From Mycoplasma mycoides subsp. capri (GTDB taxonomy: Bacteria; Bacillota_I; Bacilli_A; Mycoplasmatales; Mycoplasmataceae), in contig NZ_CP065581.1 of assembly GCF_018389705.1 (NCBI RefSeq), forward strand, positions 1 through 32,000: DNA of 32,000 nt, given 5' to 3'. Made by a program: the position numbers and the translations under genes. Shown here piece after piece: positions 25,132 to 32,000 of this stretch (the first letter of the stretch is position 1; the number at the start of each line of letters is the position of its first letter). Under the pieces are notes generated by a model. The model made no database searches and was not told where the DNA came from. It was given only the letters and a program-made list of their open reading frames with translations.

Positions 25132-26328
25132 CTACTTATTGATATTATAATTTCTAGACTGATTTCTTAGTTTTATATATTTGATTCTGTCTTTAAAATA
25201 CTCATCTTTTTTAATAATTAAAGAATTTTGTAATTCTTTATGTTCTTTAGGATTAAAATCTTTTTTAAGCGAATAGCATTCTCCTTGCTCATTGTAAGTA
25301 AAATAATTGTCGTCAAATCATCTATGAGCCTGTACAGGTAAATTTAATAAATTATTTTTATCTGCAATACTTTTTATGTTAAATATATAGTCACAATTCT
25401 TTTCTATTGCCTTTTTAATGTCTTTTTTATTAGATGAAAAATTAACTTGTTTTATAATAGAAGAAATGTTTGCCTTAACTCTACTTACATCTAGAATATG
25501 TGCATTTTCATATGTATAGAAATTAAGTTTTTCGAAAACATTTATATTAAATTTTGAAACTTTCGAACGTTCTTTGTCAATTGTTTTTAATGCTTTTGAT
25601 AAATATTTTATTCTATTTTTTATAGCATATTTTAGTACTTTTGATCTAGCTGAAAACTCACTTCTTCTTTTATCTAGACTCATTTTTTTATCATTAATAG
25701 TTAAATTTAGCACTTCTATATAATCATAATTATTTATTTTATCGATAAACAAATTTATATCTTCTATTCTATATTCATAATTTTGTTTTTCATAAAATTC
25801 ATTTCTATAAATGTAATCTGTCATAGTTATTAAATCTAAAAACATTATTAGATTATTTTTGTACTTATTGTATTTGGAATTTAAATTAGTTATAAACATT
25901 TCAGCATGATTTTCATCTTTAAAAGTACCACCAGCATTATTACCTTTTAAAATAGAAATTATATTTTTTATACTTGAATCATAATTTTTGTTAAATCAGT
26001 CATTAACTCAAGTAATTTCAGGAAGACTTAATTTATATAAATTATTAAAATTTTGGTTTTTTCTTCTCAGTTGAGTTTTTCGTATAGTTTTAAACAATTT
26101 TTCTCTTTGTCTAAAATTTTTAGGTTTTGTTATAAACCATGATGGTGTTGTGCAAAGATCAATTGCTAATTCATTAAAATAAATATATCAAGAAGAAATG
26201 TAAGGAATATCAGTTGAAAAATCAGCAACTATATCAATATAACCACTTGCATAAGCGCTTTTAGATTTTTCTGATTCATTTGATTTTGTTGTAAAACTCA
26301 TTCTGTAAATATTATTTAAATAAGGCAT
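25132..26328 (-). CDS. Putative type II restriction endonuclease with HNH-like core (398 aa)
   Basis: Continuous frame from ATG 26328 (AGAGGTGATC RBS) to TAG 25132-25134. C-terminal region YENAHILDVSRVK...SIADKNNLLNLPVQAHRWFDDNYFTYNEQG has the HNH-like H...N-x8-H arrangement and the FD-x-x-x-x-T-x-x-x-x-G tail. Located immediately downstream of a C5-MTase gene. Confidence 0.6.
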
Positions 26329-27529
26329 AAGATCACCTCTTTAAATAAAACTTCTAGTACCTCAATTGATATAGAGTTACCACATAAAAACAATAGTTTA
26401 GATTCATTTAATAAGCTTTGTTTAGCAACTGATAAGTAATCATTTTTACCAAATCCCATGTATAAAAAAGCTTGTCTTGGCGATATGTATTTTAACTGAT
26501 TAGTTTTCGGAAAATAAAATTTCAGCCTTGAATTAGCTCCACTAGCTGTTAAAGTAGGCCCATAACCCTTTGCTAAATAGACATAAGCTTCTGAATTAAA
26601 ATTAGTATATTTTTTATCTAGTCTAGTCTTAGTTATGTTATTTTGTGTTGGTTTGAAATCATTATTTAAATACTTTAATAAATGATTACATTCTTTCATA
26701 TCATCATCATTTTTTATTATTGAGTCTATTTCTTTTTTTGTTATTAAGGGTTTTGGAAAAGTAAAATTCTTTTGTTTATCTAAATAAGATATACAGAAAA
26801 CCCTTTCTCTATTTTGACAAGAACCATAATCTGTAGAATTTACTACTTTTCAAATAGACTTATATCCAAGATTTTCAAGTGCATTTAACCATTTATTAAA
26901 ATCTTTTAAAAACAATTTATTAGTGAGTGCTTTAACATTTTCTAGTAATAACACTTTTGGCAAATTATCTCTGTTTAATTTTAAAATACGTTCAACCTCA
27001 TATAATAAACCTGATCTAGTGTATTCATTAATTCCCCTTCTAACACCTTGTTGTGAAATATCTTGACAAGGGAAAGAATAAGTTAAGATATCAATATTTT
27101 TAGGAAGAGTATTAAGTTCTTTAATATTAGTTGTGTGACATTTCGCCCCCCCCCTAAAAATTTAGTTTTTTTAGTTGATTTTCATTTTTTATTAAAGTAT
27201 TTGTCATTAACAAAACCATATAAATAAGGGAAATAAGCTTGTAGTTTTTCCAATTTCATTTTATTAAAATAATCACCTCTAATTAAATGTTTTGAATCAG
27301 CAGAAAAACTGTAATTTGATAATAGTTCACACATTTCTTCTCTAGAAAGTTCTAATTCAGGAGTGGTGTTTCCATAATGTATAGACATATATCCAATTAT
27401 TGCATCAATATATCATTCACAGGCACCAACTGATTCTATTTTTATACTTAATTCTTTTTCTATGTTTTTGCATGCTTTATATTGAGAACCAATACCTGCA
27501 AATAATTCAAATATTTTTATTGTTTTCAT
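26316..27529 (-). CDS. DNA (cytosine-5)-methyltransferase, frameshifted at a poly-G tract (about 404 aa if restored)
   Basis: Motif I IKIFELFAGIGSQYKA in the frame starting at ATG 27529. Motif IV LTYSFPCQDISQQG, VLLLENVKAL, STDYGSCQNRERVF, GYGPTLTASGANSRLKFYFPK and LCGNSISIEVLEVLF lie in another frame (ends 26316). The C-terminal frame was checked and has no TAA/TAG from 27161 to 26318. The only frame break needed lies at the G9 tract. Confidence 0.9.
27083..27529 (-). CDS. Truncated product of the methyltransferase in the G9 (OFF) state (148 aa)
   Basis: From ATG 27529, reading through G9 gives ...TKFLGGGRNVTQLILKN... and terminates at TAA 27083-27085. Confidence 0.75.
27146..27154 (-). repeat. 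Homopolymer tract G9 on coding strand (C9 on + strand)
   Basis: Plus strand ...catttcgCCCCCCCCCtaaaaa.... The only long G/C homopolymer noticed in this AT-rich window. Confidence 0.98.
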
Positions 27530-27633
27530 AAGTCTTATTTTATCGGATTAATTGATAAAAAAAGTTCGAGTGTATTAGTAATTATTTAATAAATTTTTAG
27601 ATTTAAGTAGTTATTATAATTTTTTTTGATACT

Positions 27634-27663
27634 AAAAAAATCTAGACTGTATCTAGATTTTTT
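27634..27663 (-). terminator. Intrinsic terminator of the hexitol operon
   Basis: AAAAAAATCTAGA-CTGTA-TCTAGATTTTTT hairpin just downstream of the mtlD stop. Confidence 0.75.
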
Positions 27664-27669
27664 GATTTT

Positions 27670-28656
27670 TTATCTATTATTCTTTAAATATTCTAATCTG
27701 TTTTGATAGCTTAATAAAAGTGTATCGTGTTTTAAATTATAAGTTTTAGCATAGTCTAAAATAGTTAAAATTCTTTCATTTTTACTTAGCTTTAATTCAG
27801 TATTTCTAGCTAATCTTTTAAGATCATCTTTTATAAAACTATTATTCAATCTTTTAATTATTTGAATCTTATAATCATTCAATTCGTTTAAACTAATATT
27901 ATATTTATGATTTAAAACTAAAATTACTTCATTTAAATAATTATTAACAAATTCAATTACTTTATTATTTTTTAAAGCTTGATAAACATATAAATACTTA
28001 TTTAAATCAAAGTTTTTAAAAACAAACCAAGCTATAGAACAGTGCAAAGCATTTAACATATAAATCTTTTTAGTTATTTGTATATCAAAATTATTTGTAT
28101 AAGTTAAGTTAGGTATTTGTTTAAAATCACTTGGTCATTGAGTTTTATCAACAACTCATAAATAATAATCTTCACATTCTAAATAATCATTTAGAATGTT
28201 TTTATTACTAACTATCCTATCAACTAAAACATCAATAAAATAAATATTATTGTTTAAATTAGAAAAATAAGACTTAAATAAGCTACTAACTCTAATTCCA
28301 TTTTCACAACACATAATAATTAATTTTTGATTATTTTTGATCTTATAATCTATTAATTGATTAACATAATAAATAATATGTTTTAAGTTTTTAATTCCAA
28401 TTGAAATAGTTAATAAACTAACTTCATTCCAAGTATTTTTATAATTTATAAAATCAGTTAATAGACAAGCTGAAATGTTAGTTATAGTTATCTTTTTATT
28501 ATCTGAAGTATGTATTTTAATTAATTTTTGAGTATTTATTTTATTAACAATATCAATATTGTTATCAACAAAATAAATATGATCAACAATAGAGCTTAAA
28601 ATTGGAGCAATAAAACCACAACCGATGTTTCCTGCTCCAAAGTGAATTAAATTCAT
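27670..28656 (-). CDS. mtlD: Mannitol-1-phosphate 5-dehydrogenase (328 aa)
   Basis: MNLIHFGAGNIGCGFIAPILS...VDRIVSNK. Track ORFs 28156..28656 and 27670..28059 are in one frame through TGA Trp. Located in a PTS operon. Confidence 0.9.
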
Positions 28657-29454
28657 CTATTTTCTTTTAGTGCTTTTTAATCATTTAACATAAACAAAAT
28701 CTAGTAATTGAATAACAAGTTGAGCTTTAATTGAATTAATACTTCACAACTCTGATTCATCAGTTTCAAAATATAAATATTTATCAAATAAACTAATCAT
28801 TGAACTTTGTTTTGGACCAATTCCTATAATTTTTACCTTTTTATTTAATGATTCAGCAATCTTTTTAATATATTCATTTTCACCAGATATTGTAATTAAA
28901 ATTACTAAATCATCGGGTTTTATAATATTTAAATAAGTTTTTATAGAAATATAATCTGATTCACTAATTGCTTCTTTTTGATACCAACGTAAACGTTGAA
29001 TAAAATTTTTTGAAACATTATATGAAAGATTAAAAGCAAATAAATAAATCTTATTAGCTTTATTAATTAAATTTACAACTTCATTAATTGGTTGAGTTTT
29101 TAAATTAATTTGTTGTTGTTTAATCGAGTTTAAAAGTATTTCAAAATAGTCGTTATAAAATTTTGCTTTATCATCAATTCTTGAACTAATTGGAATTAAT
29201 TCATTATCTATAATGATTGAATTTGAAATATCATTTAATCTGAATTTTAATTCATTAAAACCTTTTAAGTTAAGCTTTTCAGCAAATCTTGTAATTTTAT
29301 TAGGACTTGTATGACATTCTTTAGAAATTGCTGTGATTGTTAAATTCTTAATATTAGTATAGTTTTTTAATAAATAAGTACCTATATTTTTGTAATCTTG
29401 ACTACAATCTGTTTGAATAAAATCTTTAATTTTTGTTAATAAATCTATTGCCAT
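28657..29454 (-). CDS. MurR/RpiR-family transcriptional regulator (HTH + SIS domain, 265 aa)
   Basis: N-terminal HTH LTITAISKECHTSPNKITRFAEKLNLKGFNELKFRL and SIS domain INKANKIYLFAFNLSYNVSKNFIQRL...ISGENEYIKKIA. Stop TAG 28657-28659 abuts the mtlD ATG. Confidence 0.88.
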
Positions 29455-29487
29455 GTAATCACCCTTAATATTGATACTTATTATTAA

Positions 29488-29904
29488 TTATTGTTTTGTA
29501 CAAAAACTTATAACTTTATCTATTGTTGGATTTTTTAATAAGTCATTAAATAAATCATCATTCATAGCATTAATTGCGATATTTTGTAACATATCAATTT
29601 GATCTTCTTGTTTTAATGCTAAACCTATAACTAATTGTACTTCAGAATCATCTCAAATAAGTGGTTTTTGTAAGTGTATAACAATGATTAAAGACTTTTT
29701 TAAACTCAACATACCTTCATAAGTTCCGTGAGGAATTGCTATTTTACTTCCAATGTTAAAAGAACAAGCTTCTTGTCTTTTATTGATTGAATCAATATAT
29801 TCTAAACTAACATTTTCTTGTTTTAAAAGTTCTTTTAAATGATCTAGACATTCTTGTTTTGAATTAAATGTTTTATTTAAATGTATGTTTTTAGTTTCTA
29901 ACAT
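29488..29904 (-). CDS. PTS mannitol/fructose-type EIIA component (138 aa)
   Basis: EIIA region around phospho-His: FNIGSKIAIPHGTYEGMLSLKKS. Read through TGA Trp to TAA 29488-29490. Confidence 0.88.
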
Positions 29905-30662
29905 TACATTACTTGACCTCCTGTAATGTTAATAGATTGACCTGTACAATAACTAGCTTTATCTGAAATATAAAATAATAAAACATTTAAAACATCTTCA
30001 AAACTACATCCTCTTTTTAAAGGAACTTTATTAATATAGTATTGTTTAACTTCACTTTCTTTAATATTTAGTTTTTTAGCATATTGTGGGATTAAGCTTT
30101 CAAACATTTCTGAATCTAAAAGATTACCTAACATCAGTGAGTTAACTCTAATATTATGTTCAGCTAAATCTAAAGCTAGACTTTGAGTTAATCCAACTCC
30201 ACCAAATTTAGCTGCTGAATAGCCTGAATTATATTTAGAACCAACTCTTCCTGATTTTGAATTAATTTGAATTATATTACCTTTTGTATTGTTTTTAATC
30301 ATTATTTTTGCTGCTTGTTTTGCTGTTAAAAAATATCCATCTAAATTAATTTTTAGACTTGTAATAAAGTCTTGATATTCAAATGAAGTAATTTTTGTTG
30401 ATTTTGCTCATCCTGCATTATAAACTAATGTATCAATTGTTTTGTATTTACTTTCAATTTGTTCAAAAACATTAATTACATCTTTTTCATTGGTTAAATC
30501 ACATACAAAAGTATCTATTTGTTGATTTTCTTCTTTTAATTGATCAAGCTTTTCTTTATTTAAATCTAAAACAACAACTTGATAATTATTTTTATCAAGA
30601 CCAAGTGCTAGAAATTTACCTAAACTTTTAGCTCCACCTGCAACAATAGCAACTTTTTTCAT
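29904..30662 (-). CDS. srlD: Sorbitol-6-phosphate 2-dehydrogenase-like SDR (252 aa)
   Basis: SDR N-terminus VAIVAGGAKSLGKFLA. The catalytic and C-terminal region GNIIQINSKSGRVGSKYNSGYSAAKFGGVGLTQSLALDLAEHNIRVNSLMLGNL...YAKKLNIKESEVKQYYINKVPLKRGCSFEDVLNVLLFYISDKASYCTGQSINITGGQVM closely follows my recall of E. coli SrlD. Confidence 0.82.
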
Positions 30663-32000
30663 TATTTTTCTTCCTTAGTTTTTTGTTGTTTATTTTCAAT
30701 TAATTTATATAAATCATCGTATGTATTTTTACCAATAAATTGTTCAACAGGATATATTAAAGCGTTTGGAGCTTTTTGAGACGCAAAATCTTTAAAACTT
30801 TTCATAGTTATAACAACATCATATTCATCTTTTAAATCTTTAACTGCTATATTTGATACTTGAATATCATAATTATTGTTATTAACTCATTTTCTAATTA
30901 AACCAGCAGCCATTGCAGAAGATCCTACTCCTGCTTCACAACAAACAACAATTTTTTTAATATTGTTATTATTTTTTATTGTTTTTTGATCTGAGTCTTG
31001 TTCATTAAATTCAATACCTTCATCAGTGATTTTAAATCCTTGATTTGATTCAGATTGTAGATTTTTTCTATTTTTTAATAACAATAAAACACTAACTCCA
31101 AATGCTATTAATGTACCAACAACAAATGCTAATAAATTAATTAATAAAGCATGTGTTCCATTAGATAAAGCAATTAGTGAAATTAAACTACCTGGACTTG
31201 GAGTTCCTATAGTTCCTCCTCCTAAATAAGAAGTAATAAATTGTGCACCAACTACACCTAACATTGTAGCTAATAGCATTTTTGGTTTTTTAATAATAAA
31301 TACAAAATATACTTCATGAATTCCACCAATTGTATGAATTAGTGAACTAGCAGCTGCATTATATCTATCTTCTTTTTTAGTAAAAATAATATAAGCTAAT
31401 AATAAGCCTAAACCAGGACCAGGATTTGGATCATATAAGAAAAAGATTGATCTAGGATTTGCAACTCCATTTGATCTTTGAATTTGAATTTCATTATAAC
31501 CAATAGGTCCTAAAACACCATGATTTAAAGCATTATTTAAAAATGATACTTTAATTGGTTCAGTAAAAAAACCTAATAAAGGAGCAACTCATTTATTATC
31601 ACCAAATAATTTAATAATTGAGATCATTACAAAAGTAATACCTCACATTATTCATCCTCAGCTTCAAAATACAGCTAAACCTAATAATATAGCATAAATT
31701 GCTAATCCAAAATTTTTAACTAGCATTTCTAGGCCTGGATTAATTTTATGTAAATATAATTTTTCTACTTTTTTTAAAAATAATGCTGATAAAGGTCCAA
31801 CTATCATAGCACCAATAAATTGGTTTGGTGAACCAGGATGAACCCATTTATCTCCTACTTTTTGTCAAATATAATGACTATAAATATGATCAGTACCAGT
31901 GATTGTTGCAACTATAATAAAAGTTGCAATCATTCCACCTCTTAAACCATAAACTAATCTACCGCCATTAAATGCAATTAATATTGGTAAAAGTCATTTA
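30662..32000 (-). CDS. mtlA: PTS mannitol-type EIICB component (partial; 5' end beyond window)
   Basis: EIIC membrane domain with multiple TM segments plus EIIB phospho-Cys loop IVVCCEAGVGSSAMAAGLIRK. The stop overlaps the srlD-like ATG (TAATG). Confidence 0.88.

Noticed and set aside
26316-27529. Interpretation of the methyltransferase as an ordinary degraded pseudogene
   Set aside because: Only one frame discrepancy is required and it coincides with a G9 homopolymer. The C-terminal frame was scanned codon by codon without stops and every catalytic motif is intact. Phase variation is more likely, though a sequencing error remains possible.

Overview
This is a 32 kb, AT-rich window from a Mollicute genome that begins at dnaA. 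Gene order and sequence style fit the Mycoplasma mycoides/capricolum cluster; that placement is inference. TGA must be read as Trp: dnaA, rnmV, gyrB, gyrA, metG and many other genes are cut at in-frame TGA codons in the supplied standard-code ORF track and join seamlessly in one frame. Content in order: dnaA, putative oriC, dnaN, rnmV, rsmA, a membrane/coiled-coil protein, gyrB, gyrA; then a minus-strand BMP-lipoprotein/nucleoside-type ABC transporter operon, including a permease with a ~490 aa coiled-coil C-terminal extension; metG (minus); four tandem paralogous lipoprotein genes (plus); a minus-strand restriction-modification locus; and a minus-strand hexitol PTS operon (mtlD, RpiR-type regulator, EIIA, srlD-like SDR, EIICB running off the window). 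The most notable signal is a 9-nt C/G homopolymer (27146-27154) inside a 5-cytosine DNA methyltransferase gene. Its N-terminal part (motif I) and C-terminal part (PCQ, ENV, QxRxR, GNSI motifs) lie in different frames that meet at this tract. That is the signature of a phase-variable (ON/OFF) methyltransferase captured in the OFF state. It overlaps a downstream ORF with an HNH-like core that is probably the cognate nuclease. Coordinates were derived by hand from the sequence. No database searches were run.
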